A DNA stretch of 64,000 bases from assembly GCA_963811165.1 (NCBI GenBank), contig CAWEQH010000008.1, positions 32,001 to 96,000 of the forward strand, given 5' to 3'. Positions 28,891 to 38,881 of the stretch are shown piece after piece. This stretch comes from an uncultured Nitrospiraceae bacterium (GTDB taxonomy: Bacteria > Nitrospirota > Thermodesulfovibrionia > Thermodesulfovibrionales > UBA6898). Both the position numbers and the translations under genes were made by a program. The notes beneath the pieces are model-generated. The model was not told the DNA's origin and made no database searches. It saw only the letters and a list, made by a program, of their open reading frames with translations. Numbering within the stretch: the first letter of the stretch is position 1; each line of letters begins with the position of its first letter.

Positions 28891-29859
28891 TTACGGCGGG
28901 TCGATCTGGTTGATGCACCTGCCGTAAACTTCCGAGAGAATCTTGTCCGCACCTTTCGTCAGCAGGTCCTCGGCAAGTTTTGTACCGAGGGCTTTTGCGT
29001 CTTCGGGTCTGCCTTCCACTTGAGACCTGATGATCCTGTCGCCCGAAACGCTCCCCACGAGTCCGTCCATGACCATTTTCCTCTCGATCAGCCTTGCATG
29101 GGCAGCTATCGGCACCTGACAGCCGCCTTCGAGTCTCCTCAAGCAGGCCCTTTCCCCCCTGACGCATATTTCTGTCTCATAGTGATTTAGCGCAGAGATG
29201 AGGTCGTTAATAAACTTGTCGTCGGTCCTGCATTCGATCCCGACAGCTCCTTGTCCTATGGCTGGAAGACTTGTCTCCGGGGAAAGGATTTGCGTAATCC
29301 GTTCAGCCCATCCGAGTCTCTTTACGCCCGCAGCCGCAAGGATGATCGCATCGAATTGACCCTCGTCCAATTTCCTTAGCCTTGTGTCGAGGTTGCCCCT
29401 AAGTTGCATCACCTTAAGGTCAGGTCTTGCGTTAAGGAGCTGGCATGACCGCCTGAGACTGCTTGTTCCGACAGAGGCACCCTCCGGCAGCTGTTCGAAA
29501 TTCGGGACCCTAAACGTTGCTCCCTGCATTTGAGATAAAAAGGCATCGCGAGGGTCTTCGCGCCTGCATATTGCCGCAAGATGTAGCCCTTCGGGAAACT
29601 CCGTCGGCACGTCTTTCATGCTGTGCACGGCAAGGTCAGCCCCGCCGCTTAGAAGCGCCTCTTCTATCTCCTTTACGAAAAGACCCTTGCCGCCGACCTG
29701 GGCCAGCGGTACGTCGAGGATCTTATCGCCGGTGGTCTTTATCTTGTTCAGTTCTATTTCGAGTGCCGGGTTGATCCTCTTTAACTCAGACTTCACCCAC
29801 TCGGCCTGCCAAAGCGCTAGCTTGCTGCCGCGGGTTCCTATGATGACTTTATCTTTCAT
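28891..29859 (-). CDS. hemC: Porphobilinogen deaminase
   Basis: IGTRGSKLALWQA, GKGLFVKEIE, AVHSMKD, GTSSLRR, GGCQVP. Confidence 0.98.
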   Translation of the reverse strand: MKDKVIIGTRGSKLALWQAEWVKSELKRINPALEIELNKIKTTGDKILDVPLAQVGGKGLFVKEIEEALLSGGADLAVHSMKDVPTEFPEGLHLAAICRREDPRDAFLSQMQGATFRVPNFEQLPEGASVGTSSLRRSCQLLNARPDLKVMQLRGNLDTRLRKLDEGQFDAIILAAAGVKRLGWAERITQILSPETSLPAIGQGAVGIECRTDDKFINDLISALNHYETEICVRGERACLRRLEGGCQVPIAAHARLIERKMVMDGLVGSVSGDRIIRSQVEGRPEDAKALGTKLAEDLLTKGADKILSEVYGRCINQIDPP

Positions 29860-30000
29860 GACCGTACATCGCCTCCCATCGTTTCAAAGCCCACTATTTT
29901 ACCTTTTTCTCCCAGAGGAAATAAAATCCGTGCAGGGAAGACTGGTAGTGGCCAAGGCCACTACCCAATGAATTACAATAAACAGGCCGGAGGAGACGGA

Positions 30001-31029
30001 CTATGTCTCGCTTTTATTCTTCGGCCCCGGGGCCCGCTCTTTTTCCCGCTTCATCCGGACTGCGCTGTCGAGGCGGGTAAGAACTCTTCTGGCCCCCGCG
30101 AAATGATTTCTGAAGTGCTCGTCTGAAAGACTGCTCACGGCAACGCCTTTTTTTCCTCTGCTGGAATGGATAAAGTTCCCATTGCCTATATAGATGCCTA
30201 CATGGGTTATCCTATTGGCCTTCTCCGACTTAAAAAAGACCAGGTCCCCGGCCCTAAGCTCGGTAATCGGCACATCAAGCCCTTCCTCCGCCTGCAGATA
30301 AGAGTCTCTCTTAAGGTATATTCCGTTTAGGCGAAACGCGGTATATACAAACCCTGAACAATCCATGCCGCCGGTGGTGATCCCGCCCCATTTATAATCT
30401 GAGCCGTGAAATTTGGATGCCTGCAATATGTCTTCGGCCGTGACTTCTTTCCCGATGCGCTCGCTTTCCATCCACGCAGCCTCCAGGGGGAGATATCCTG
30501 TGGAGCCATCCGGGACGACCACTTCATATCGCCTGTTGTCCTTATTTAAGAGAGGGAGCCGCGTGCCGGCATATACGTTGATAAAAGAGCCGTCCCTGAA
30601 GGTGATCCTCGCCTTTGCGTTTTTTACTTCGACAAAGGTCTTATCTTTCCCCGGAGAACTGATAGGCGATGAAAAAGAGATGTTCTCCTTTTTTATCCAT
30701 CCGCGATACCCTTTCTGAGACGGGATGTACCCATAGGCCCAGTCCTTGTCTTCTTTTATCACCGTGAACTCGTCTCCCAGGAGGACTTCGGTTATCCGTT
30801 CGGATCCCTGTGAATTTCTGGAAAAGACGTCTGAACTGGGGATGCTGACGATCGCCGACCTTTCCTTGTAACTGCCTGCCTTTCCCGCATCCACGGCCTT
30901 TTCCACCTTCTTCTTGGCATATTTCGCCTTGTGAGACGGCCTGCCGGCGGACGCAAACGAAGACCAGAGAAATACCGTCACCAGGCAAAGGAAAATGCAG
31001 TACGTCTTTCTCTGAATCCCCCTGATCAC
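30001..31029 (-). CDS. SH3-containing NlpC/P60 (C40) peptidoglycan endopeptidase
   Basis: Signal peptide; SH3b-like domains; YKWGG..GMDCSGFV, HVGIYIG, FIHSS catalytic Cys-His-His. Confidence 0.92.
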   Translation of the reverse strand: MIRGIQRKTYCIFLCLVTVFLWSSFASAGRPSHKAKYAKKKVEKAVDAGKAGSYKERSAIVSIPSSDVFSRNSQGSERITEVLLGDEFTVIKEDKDWAYGYIPSQKGYRGWIKKENISFSSPISSPGKDKTFVEVKNAKARITFRDGSFINVYAGTRLPLLNKDNRRYEVVVPDGSTGYLPLEAAWMESERIGKEVTAEDILQASKFHGSDYKWGGITTGGMDCSGFVYTAFRLNGIYLKRDSYLQAEEGLDVPITELRAGDLVFFKSEKANRITHVGIYIGNGNFIHSSRGKKGVAVSSLSDEHFRNHFAGARRVLTRLDSAVRMKREKERAPGPKNKSET

Positions 31030-32666
31030 GGCGTTCTCTCCCCGGAGCCTATCAGGAGCATGTCAGCCATCTCAATACCTTCCTCAAGCACCGGAGACGA
31101 AGGCACCTGTCTTAGCCCCTGCATATAGACCTCCTTCGCCTTCAGATACATCCCCAGAAAAAGATACATCCTCGCGAGCCTTTCATATACAAGGACTGTC
31201 TTAGGACTAAACGATATGGCCTCCTTATACATCTCGATCGCCTTTGAGGGCTCTTCTTTGCTTTCGTATATCTTTCCCAGCATTGTGCGGGCCTTTACCG
31301 CGTCAGGGTTTGTCCCGACGTACCTGATCAGTTTCGCCTCGGCAGTCAGATTGTCTCCGGCAATAAAAGCCCTTTCGCCTTCCCTGTAGAGATCAATATC
31401 AATGATCTGAACAAGCGCGTACCTGTTTTGGTCAATCTTGATGACGCCGCTTGTCTGTCCCTCCCGAAGTTTTGACAGCGCGTCCTGTAGGGATGCGTGA
31501 AGGGAGTCCACCTCGACTTCTCCGAGGTAGCCATATGTTTCCCGGGTCTTTTCATCGACGGACCTCTCCTTTGCAAGCAGTGCAAAAGGCCTTCCCTTCA
31601 TAAGCTCAGAGAGGATACCATGCGCGTCGGATTCCTTCTCTGTAAAGATTATCCTGATATGCATTTTCTTTTCATGCGTGTTTTTTGGAGTCTCGTTGCG
31701 AGAGGGCCTGTCCTTTGATGCCTCAGAAACCCGCATCTCCTTTTTAGGGGTATCCGCTTTCAGGGCTTGTTTTTTTTCTGCATCTGTCTGAGAGATTTCG
31801 CGCCCCCGCGTCTCAGCCCCTGCGGTTTCTTCTTTTGGGGTTTCGGCCTTGGCAGCGGCGAGACGTTTTTTCGTCTTCTCCAGAGCCGTCCTCAGAGACT
31901 TTGAATCCGGGAGATGATTGAGCCCGTCATCGTAAAGGTCCCTGGCCTGCTGCAACTGTCCCGCGCTAAGGTATAATGCACCCAAACGCAGATAGGCCTC
32001 TTCACAGCCGGGATCAAACCGCAGGGCATCTCTGTAATTCACCTCCGCCTTCTTCGTCTCATTTCCCGTCTCGTAGATCCGCCCGAGGATGACACGGGCC
32101 TTTACCGCATCCGGATTAAGCTCAACATGTCTCAAAAGGTTTATTATTGCAGTTTTGAAGTCTCCTTCTCTGAAGGCCTTTGCCCCTTTCCTGTAATGAG
32201 ACATGTCTACGACCAGCAAAAGCGCAAACCTTTTGTCCTTAAGCATAATCAACCTGCTGACGCCGCCTTCCCCTAACTGAAGCGCTGCTTCCTTGAGCGG
32301 CTTATCGAGGCCCTCAAAGGCGGCCGCCTCGATCTCTCCAAATCTTTCCCTGCTATGTTCGTCGATGGACCTTTCTTTTGCTAAGGAAGCGAACGATCTG
32401 CCTTTGTCTAGTTCGGAAAGGATGCCTTCCGCCTCTGACTGCGTGTTCACTACGATGATCCTTACGACAGGACTTTTTGCCGCATGGAGCGGCGACGCAA
32501 TGAGAGAGATAAGGGCGATAACGGCGAAGCAAAGAAGGGAAAAAACAAGACCTTTACATAAGTCGCTCCGCTTAAGGCAAAAGAGCTTTGCCCGTTCTTC
32601 TATAGAGCTGATATATGAAACTGCCGATTTCCCGGAGGGAGGGTATTTTCTTTTACGTGACATCAT
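31026..32666 (-). CDS. Duplicated PpiC(parvulin)-TPR periplasmic protein
   Basis: Two units of RII..T..EA..IL.EL.KG..FA.LAKERS.D followed by TPRs (NPDAVKAR..LG.IYE); N-terminal TM/signal. Confidence 0.8.
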   Translation of the reverse strand: MMSRKRKYPPSGKSAVSYISSIEERAKLFCLKRSDLCKGLVFSLLCFAVIALISLIASPLHAAKSPVVRIIVVNTQSEAEGILSELDKGRSFASLAKERSIDEHSRERFGEIEAAAFEGLDKPLKEAALQLGEGGVSRLIMLKDKRFALLLVVDMSHYRKGAKAFREGDFKTAIINLLRHVELNPDAVKARVILGRIYETGNETKKAEVNYRDALRFDPGCEEAYLRLGALYLSAGQLQQARDLYDDGLNHLPDSKSLRTALEKTKKRLAAAKAETPKEETAGAETRGREISQTDAEKKQALKADTPKKEMRVSEASKDRPSRNETPKNTHEKKMHIRIIFTEKESDAHGILSELMKGRPFALLAKERSVDEKTRETYGYLGEVEVDSLHASLQDALSKLREGQTSGVIKIDQNRYALVQIIDIDLYREGERAFIAGDNLTAEAKLIRYVGTNPDAVKARTMLGKIYESKEEPSKAIEMYKEAISFSPKTVLVYERLARMYLFLGMYLKAKEVYMQGLRQVPSSPVLEEGIEMADMLLIGSGERTP

Positions 32667-32699
32667 CGTATTTACGTCTTTATGAATCGATAGGGTATT

Positions 32700-33968
32700 T
32701 TATTCCTCTTCCCCGTTTATCCCGTAGAGTTTCTTTATCATCGCGATGAGTTCGTCCTTGTCTTCGGTATCCTCTTTAAGCGCTACCGTAGGGGGGTGAA
32801 TGAGCTTGTTGATGATCGCAGCCGCCATATATTCGACGGCCTTCAACTTCTCCTCATCGAGGCCGGAAAGCCTGCCCTTGAGTTTTTCAAGTTCCTCCGC
32901 CTTTATCTCCTCAGCCTTCTGTCTGAGGGCAATGATCGTTGGGACCGAATCGAGCGACGACATCCATCTAATAAATTTTTCTACCTCTTCGTCGATTATC
33001 TTTTCGGCCTTTTCCGCCTCGATTTTTCTGCCGTGGATATTGGTGTCGACCACCTCCTGCAAATCATCGACACTATAGAGGTAGACGTTGTCGAGCTTGT
33101 TTATCTCAGGGTCTATATTCCTGGGCACTGATATATCGATGATAAAGACGGGCCTGTGTTTCCGCTCCTTCATGACTTTGTGCATCTGCTCTTTCAAAAG
33201 GACATAGGATGGCGCTCCGGTTGAGCATATGATGATATCCGTATGGACCAGTTCAGTCAAAAAATCTTCGAACTTCACCGGCTTGCCGTTAAATTCGCTG
33301 GCCAACTCGCATCCCCGCTCATAGGTACGGTTGACGACCATGACGTCTTGGACACCGTTGTTCATGAGATGGCGGGCCGCCAGTTCTGCCATCTCCCCGG
33401 CCCCCATAAGCATGAAGGACTTACCGCTAAGGTTGGTGAATATTTTTTTTGCGAGTTCCACCGCAGCAAAACTGATCGAGACCGCATTTTCGGCTATCTT
33501 TGTCTCGGTCCTCACCCTTTTGGCCGTTGAGATGGCCTTTTTCATAAGTTTATTCAGAAGCACCCCGGTCGTTTTCTTACGAAGGGCAAAATCAAAACAG
33601 TCTTTTATTTGACCGAGTATCTGAGGTTCCCCGACGACCATCGAATCGAGGCTCGATGAGACCCTGAAGATATGCCGTATGGCGTCCTCTCCTTCATGCA
33701 CATAGAGGGATTTTTCGAAATCCTGCCTCTTAAGACCGTGGAAGCCGGAGAGAAAATCCTTGATATTGTCGGCCGCAGCCCCCCTCTTGTTCGCACAGAT
33801 ATAGAGTTCCACCCTGTTACAGGTCGACAAAACGGCGGCCTCCCTGACTTCGGGGATCTTCCTTAAGCCAAACACCCCTTCTTCGAGCTTTGGCCCGTTG
33901 AAGGCGAGCTTCTCCCTGATCTCTACATTCGCTGTCTTGTGGCTTACCCCTACTACGAGAACCTTCAT
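32700..33968 (-). CDS. hemA: Glutamyl-tRNA reductase
   Basis: LSTCNRVE, SLDSMVVGEPQILGQ, GAGEMA, DISVPRNI. Confidence 0.98.
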   Translation of the reverse strand: MKVLVVGVSHKTANVEIREKLAFNGPKLEEGVFGLRKIPEVREAAVLSTCNRVELYICANKRGAAADNIKDFLSGFHGLKRQDFEKSLYVHEGEDAIRHIFRVSSSLDSMVVGEPQILGQIKDCFDFALRKKTTGVLLNKLMKKAISTAKRVRTETKIAENAVSISFAAVELAKKIFTNLSGKSFMLMGAGEMAELAARHLMNNGVQDVMVVNRTYERGCELASEFNGKPVKFEDFLTELVHTDIIICSTGAPSYVLLKEQMHKVMKERKHRPVFIIDISVPRNIDPEINKLDNVYLYSVDDLQEVVDTNIHGRKIEAEKAEKIIDEEVEKFIRWMSSLDSVPTIIALRQKAEEIKAEELEKLKGRLSGLDEEKLKAVEYMAAAIINKLIHPPTVALKEDTEDKDELIAMIKKLYGINGEEE

Positions 33969-34780
33969 CAGAATACGTGTTTGCTCTGCAAGATAAAGTT
34001 AACGCCGAAGAACGTAAACAAGACGATGCAGAAACCGAAGATAGAGAGTATGGCGGCCCGTTTTCCCCTCCAGCCTGCGATGAGCCTCACATGAAGTACT
34101 ACGGCGTATATGAACCAGGTGATCAAAGACCAGACCTCCTTCGGGTCCCACCTCCAGTAACTCCCCCAGGCGCTTTCGGCCCATAAGGCTCCGGATATGA
34201 TCGCAAGGGTCAGAAGAGGGAATCCCAGGGTGATGAGTCTGTAGTTGATCTCGTCGAGTATCTGGAGGCTCGGCAGTCTTTGAAACAGTCCGCCCAAATG
34301 CTTTGACTTTACATAGTGTTCCTGCAAGAGGTACATGATCCCTATACCAAAGGCCATTGCAAAGGCGGCATCCCCCAGGAATGCAAGTATGGTATGTATC
34401 CCCAGCCAATAACTCTGAAGCACCGGGCTTAAGGGTTCGATCTTGCGCGGCAGCATTGATGACGACAGCATAAGGATGAATACGACCGGCATGATAAAGG
34501 AGCCTAGGAGGCCGATCCTGTATCGGTATTCAAGGAACAAAAACAGCATGACGATGCACCAGGAAAAAAAGGAGGCGGCCTCATGGAGGTTTGCGATGGG
34601 GATATGCCCTGAAATCACATAGCGGGCGACGATATTAGAGGTATGGAAGAGAAACCCGATGATCGCGAGACTCAGCATGATTATCGAGGTGGTCTTTGTT
34701 CCCTTGAAGAGCTCCATCACGCAGACGATCGCTGCTGCAAAATAGAAGGTGAGGGCGATTTCAAAGAGGTATATTTCCAT
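33968..34780 (-). CDS. ccsA: Cytochrome c biogenesis protein CcsA/CcsB (system II)
   Basis: Multiple TM helices; WWD motif WAESAWGSYWRWDPKEVWS; conserved His; directly upstream of hemA. Confidence 0.93.
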   Translation of the reverse strand: MEIYLFEIALTFYFAAAIVCVMELFKGTKTTSIIMLSLAIIGFLFHTSNIVARYVISGHIPIANLHEAASFFSWCIVMLFLFLEYRYRIGLLGSFIMPVVFILMLSSSMLPRKIEPLSPVLQSYWLGIHTILAFLGDAAFAMAFGIGIMYLLQEHYVKSKHLGGLFQRLPSLQILDEINYRLITLGFPLLTLAIISGALWAESAWGSYWRWDPKEVWSLITWFIYAVVLHVRLIAGWRGKRAAILSIFGFCIVLFTFFGVNFILQSKHVF

Positions 34781-34950
34781 TAAAAGCAACCGAGCTGACA
34801 GTCTTTGATCTTTATTCCCAATTCGTTGGCAGCGGCACCTACTTCTTTGTAAGGCAGGCCGAGTTTTTCGGCCAACTCTCTTGCTACGGCGCAAGAGAGC
34901 CTCCCGTTAATAGCCTTCCTCAGCATCTCTTCCTTTAGCTCTTCCTTCAT
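34780..34950 (-). CDS. 56-aa small protein ending CQLGCF (not in ORF track)
   Basis: MKEELKEEMLRKAINGRLSCAVARELAEKLGLPYKEVGAAANELGIKIKDCQLGCF; TAATG coupling with ccsA. Confidence 0.85.
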   Translation of the reverse strand: MKEELKEEMLRKAINGRLSCAVARELAEKLGLPYKEVGAAANELGIKIKDCQLGCF

Positions 34951-35051
34951 TAAATGCCCAAGATTTATTTAAAAACAAATACTTCCGGATATTTTACGGA
35001 TCACAGGTAGATGTAATTTTACCTTATTATCCCCTAAAAACACAATCGGGC

Positions 35052-36047
35052 TCAGTAACCGACAGGTATCCCAGATTCGAACATTTTTTTAGCGACCCCG
35101 AGTTCATCGGATGCCAGTAGTCGTGGCATCATAACAGACAGAGAGCGCAGGATCGGCAGGAACTTTCCGTTGCCATAGCGCCCAATCTCAATTGCCACTT
35201 CCCTGCCCGGCATCCTCAATTCAAAAAAACCTCTTCCGACTCTGCCCTCTAACTTCATATCTAAAAAAACGTCCCTGCTTACTCTCAGGGATTCGCTCCC
35301 TGTCACATCGAATACGCGCATCGTGAACCCGTCTTTTGCCTCCGGCACTTCTTCTTTTTTTATCTCCCAGTCGACAAATACGACGTTGGGGTCCACTGCC
35401 ATCAAAATCAGCTCGTTCTCTCCGTATTCTTCGGGCAATTCCGCCCGGACGATATCTTCGAGTACCTTATCGCCCCTTTCCCGGGGAACGCTTTTTGTCT
35501 TCCGGTTCTTTGCCCCGCCGCCAACCTTCCGCTTTTGTTTCGGAAGTACAGGTTTAATAAGCCGCATCTTAGCTTTTTTTGTCCCGGCCGCCTCTCTGGG
35601 CTTTGTCTTTTCCGAAACTTTTTTCTTCTCAACCCGAAGGGATTTTTTAGAGGCCTGCGCCGCTTCAGGGAGTGCAATCTTTGAGGGTCTATTTCCCGCC
35701 GTCTTTCTCACGGCAAGAGCTGTCGCTATCTTCTTTTTGACAGTCTTTGACTTGGCCCCTGCCGGTTTCAACGGCGGTTTACCTGCGGACTTTTTCTTGG
35801 CGGCCGGGGCAGGACCCGCCGGTAAATTTTTCCTCACCTTTAAGGATTTCTTTACTGCCTTCTTTAAAGAAAGGGATCTTTCGCCTGCTTCCGCGGATTT
35901 TTCAGGCGGTTTTCCGGCGGACTTAGCCTTTTTTTTGGCAGAAGTGAGGGAGGGAGGATTTTTCCCGGGGGCGTTTTTCTTTGCCGGCACTGCCTTTGCC
36001 GGGGGGATGGTCTTTCCCTTTGTATTTCGGGTCTTCATGCTTTCCAA
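35052..36047 (-). CDS. DUF4912 domain protein with long Lys/Ala/Pro-rich N-terminus
   Basis: ELPEEYGENELILMAVDP..VFVDWEI...RVFDVT DUF4912-like core after ~190 low-complexity basic residues. Confidence 0.8.
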   Translation of the reverse strand: MESMKTRNTKGKTIPPAKAVPAKKNAPGKNPPSLTSAKKKAKSAGKPPEKSAEAGERSLSLKKAVKKSLKVRKNLPAGPAPAAKKKSAGKPPLKPAGAKSKTVKKKIATALAVRKTAGNRPSKIALPEAAQASKKSLRVEKKKVSEKTKPREAAGTKKAKMRLIKPVLPKQKRKVGGGAKNRKTKSVPRERGDKVLEDIVRAELPEEYGENELILMAVDPNVVFVDWEIKKEEVPEAKDGFTMRVFDVTGSESLRVSRDVFLDMKLEGRVGRGFFELRMPGREVAIEIGRYGNGKFLPILRSLSVMMPRLLASDELGVAKKMFESGIPVGY

Positions 36048-36086
36048 GCATGTATTCTACCAAATAAGACGGGGTTAATATAGTCT

Positions 36087-38726
36087 TTAGTGCGCCTCGT
36101 CCCAGTTTCTGCCGTGCCCCACCTCGACCTTTACAGGAACGGACAATATCGCCGCCCCTTCCATTTCTTCCCTTGCAATGCTGCGGACCTTTTCTAGCTC
36201 CTCCGCCGGAAACTCGAACAAAAGTTCATCATGCACCTGCAGTATCATTTTTGCCCGGACCGATTCTTCCCTGAATCTTTTCTCTATCCTTATCATCGCA
36301 ATTTTAATGATGTCTGCGGCCGTGCCCTGTATCGGAGAATTGACCGCGAGTCTTTCGCCCTGCTGCTGCGTATTTTTATTATGGCTTTTTAGTTCAGGTA
36401 CCGGTCTTTTCCTTCCGAAAAGCGTTGCCACGTAGCCACGCCCCCTCGCCTCCGCAAGGACGGTTTCCGTGTATGTCCTGACGCCGGGATGCCGGTCGAA
36501 GTACCTGGTGATATATTTCTGGGCATCCGCTCTCTCTATATCGAGAGTCTCCGAAAGGCCGAAGGCAGATATCCCGTAGATAACGCCGAAGTTTACGGTC
36601 TTTGCGGTCCTCCTCATATCAGGCGTCACCTCATCGAGGGGCACGCCGAAGAGTTCGGCAGCAGTCCGCATATGAATATCGAGTCCGTTATGAAACGCCT
36701 CTCTGAGCCCTTCGTCGCCGCTCATATGCGCCAGCACTCTCAACTCCACCTGCGAATAGTCTGCAGAAAGAAGGAGGTTGCCCTCTTCGGCAATGAATGC
36801 CTGCCGAATGCGCTTCCCCCATTCCCCCCTTATCGGAATATTCTGGAGGTTTGGGTCGCTGCTGCTAAGTCTGCCTGTGGCGGTGGCTGTTTGATTGAAA
36901 GACGTATGGACGCGGCCGGTTTCCGGGTTTACGAGCGCGGGCAGGACATCGAGGTATGTTGTCTTAAGTTTGGTCAGGCTCCTGAAGTGCAGTACCTCCA
37001 TCGGCAGGGCATGATGTCCGGCAAGCTCCTCAAGCACGTCCATATCAGTCGAAAATCCCGTCTTTGTCCTTTTAGTCGGGCTCAGCCCGAGACTTTGGAA
37101 AAGGACCCTGCCTAATTGTTTCGGTGAGTTAATGTTGAATTCTTCTCCCGAGAGGAAGAATATCCTCTTTTGGATGCTCTCTATCTCAACCGCCATCTCA
37201 TCAGCCAGGGCTTTCAAAAGCACCGCATCAACCTTGATGCCGGACCTCTCCATGCCTACGAGCACTTCAATAAGCGGCATCTCGATATCGGTATAGATCT
37301 TTTCGAGGCCCTCCTCACGGAGTTTCTTAAAAAGCACATCCCGCAGTTCGAAACTGAGCGCTGCATCTTCGGCCGCGTAGGAAGTGGCCTCTTCAATGGT
37401 GACATCTGCAAAGGACTTTCGCTTCTTTAATACCTCGACAAAAGACTTTTTCTTCGATGAAAGGTATTCAAAAGAGACCTCCTCAAGGGTATGGCCCGCC
37501 TTGTTTGGGTTCAAAAGATAGGCGGCAATCATCGTGTCGTACAATCTGCCGGTAACGGGGATCCCTTCCCGTCCCAAAAGCATGACGTCATATTTTAGGT
37601 TGTGGCCTATCTTTGCAATCTGCGCGTTCCCAAGCAATGGACGGATAAGGCGAAAGACATCGTCCTTGGCGGGCTGTTTCTTTGTGTCGGGATAAGAATG
37701 TGAGATCGGCACATAATACGCCTTCTCTTTGTTATAGCAGAAGGCGATCCCCACAAGATGGTCGGTCAGGGGGTTCCTGCCGGTTGCCTCTGTATCGAAG
37801 GCGACCTCATCAGGGACTAAAGAAAGGATCTCTTGAAGCCTCTCAGGAGAGTCTATTGTTTCGTGCTCCCGGACCGTCTCGGCCGAGGGGATGAGCTTCA
37901 TAAAGCTCGATAATTCGAGTTCCCTAAACAGAGAAAGAAGGGAAAGCCAATCCGGTTCCCCGAGCGTGAAATCGCTTACTTCGATATCTAAAGGGACAGA
38001 TATGTCGATAGTCGCCAGCCTCCTGCTAAGAAGTACGATCTCCTTGCTCGAAGAGACCATCTCCCTAAGCCTTTCCTTTTTTATGCGTTCCGGGTGCTCA
38101 AGCAGGTCCTCTATGCTTTTGAAATGGGCGAGGAGTTCCTTCGCCGTCTTTTCCCCCACACCTTTAATGCCGGGGATATTGTCTACGGCGTCGCCGGTAA
38201 GGGCCATAAATTCAGTCACCCTCCCGGGGCCGACGCCGAACTTTTCCCTGACGTAGTCTCTGTCAAGGACCCTCTCTTTCATCGGGTCGTATATCTTGAT
38301 ATTCTCATCTACGAGTTGAAGCATGTCCTTGTCCGCCGTCACGATAAAGACCCTGTTTCCCTCCCCTGCGGCCCTTTTCGCTATGGTGCCGATGAGGTCA
38401 TCGGCTTCGTAACCCGGGACCTCAAAGGTCCTGATACGAAACGCCGATATGATTTTTCTGATATACGGAAGCTGGACCACCAGTTCTGAAGGGGCCTCGG
38501 GTCTGTGCGCCTTGTAGTCTTCGAACAGCTCATGTCTTTCCGTACGGGCCGGCGAATCGAAGCAGACCGCAAGACCGTCGGGGCCTTTCTCTCTGAGTAT
38601 CTTCAGCAGCATATTCGTGAAGCCGAATGTGGCATTTGTCGGGAAGCCCTTTGAATTCGTCAGCCCTTTAATTGCGTAGAACGCACGGTAGACATACGAA
38701 TTTCCGTCGATGAGATAAAGGTCCAT
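36087..38726 (-). CDS. polA: DNA polymerase I
   Basis: LIDGNSYVYRAF 5' nuclease; FDTE 3'-5' exonuclease; ADYSQVELR, AKTVNFGVIYG, QVHDEL. Confidence 0.99.
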   Translation of the reverse strand: MDLYLIDGNSYVYRAFYAIKGLTNSKGFPTNATFGFTNMLLKILREKGPDGLAVCFDSPARTERHELFEDYKAHRPEAPSELVVQLPYIRKIISAFRIRTFEVPGYEADDLIGTIAKRAAGEGNRVFIVTADKDMLQLVDENIKIYDPMKERVLDRDYVREKFGVGPGRVTEFMALTGDAVDNIPGIKGVGEKTAKELLAHFKSIEDLLEHPERIKKERLREMVSSSKEIVLLSRRLATIDISVPLDIEVSDFTLGEPDWLSLLSLFRELELSSFMKLIPSAETVREHETIDSPERLQEILSLVPDEVAFDTEATGRNPLTDHLVGIAFCYNKEKAYYVPISHSYPDTKKQPAKDDVFRLIRPLLGNAQIAKIGHNLKYDVMLLGREGIPVTGRLYDTMIAAYLLNPNKAGHTLEEVSFEYLSSKKKSFVEVLKKRKSFADVTIEEATSYAAEDAALSFELRDVLFKKLREEGLEKIYTDIEMPLIEVLVGMERSGIKVDAVLLKALADEMAVEIESIQKRIFFLSGEEFNINSPKQLGRVLFQSLGLSPTKRTKTGFSTDMDVLEELAGHHALPMEVLHFRSLTKLKTTYLDVLPALVNPETGRVHTSFNQTATATGRLSSSDPNLQNIPIRGEWGKRIRQAFIAEEGNLLLSADYSQVELRVLAHMSGDEGLREAFHNGLDIHMRTAAELFGVPLDEVTPDMRRTAKTVNFGVIYGISAFGLSETLDIERADAQKYITRYFDRHPGVRTYTETVLAEARGRGYVATLFGRKRPVPELKSHNKNTQQQGERLAVNSPIQGTAADIIKIAMIRIEKRFREESVRAKMILQVHDELLFEFPAEELEKVRSIAREEMEGAAILSVPVKVEVGHGRNWDEAH

Positions 38727-38881
38727 GGGTGATTATAACCGGACGGGAAAAGACATGCAAATCGCTTTCCTCCGGACCCCTACTCGAAATAATCCCTCGA
38801 TTTCTGTTATAGTTTCTATCGGGCATTTTTTCCTGAGGTAAATTTGAGAGGTGAAAAATATTTTTTTGAAAGGAGAGCATC

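Noticed and set aside
35323..36078. Long antisense ORFs (35323-36078, 44050-44862, 50360-51064, 27326-27808 and others)
   Set aside because: Shadow ORFs opposite well-supported genes; no RBS or motif support.
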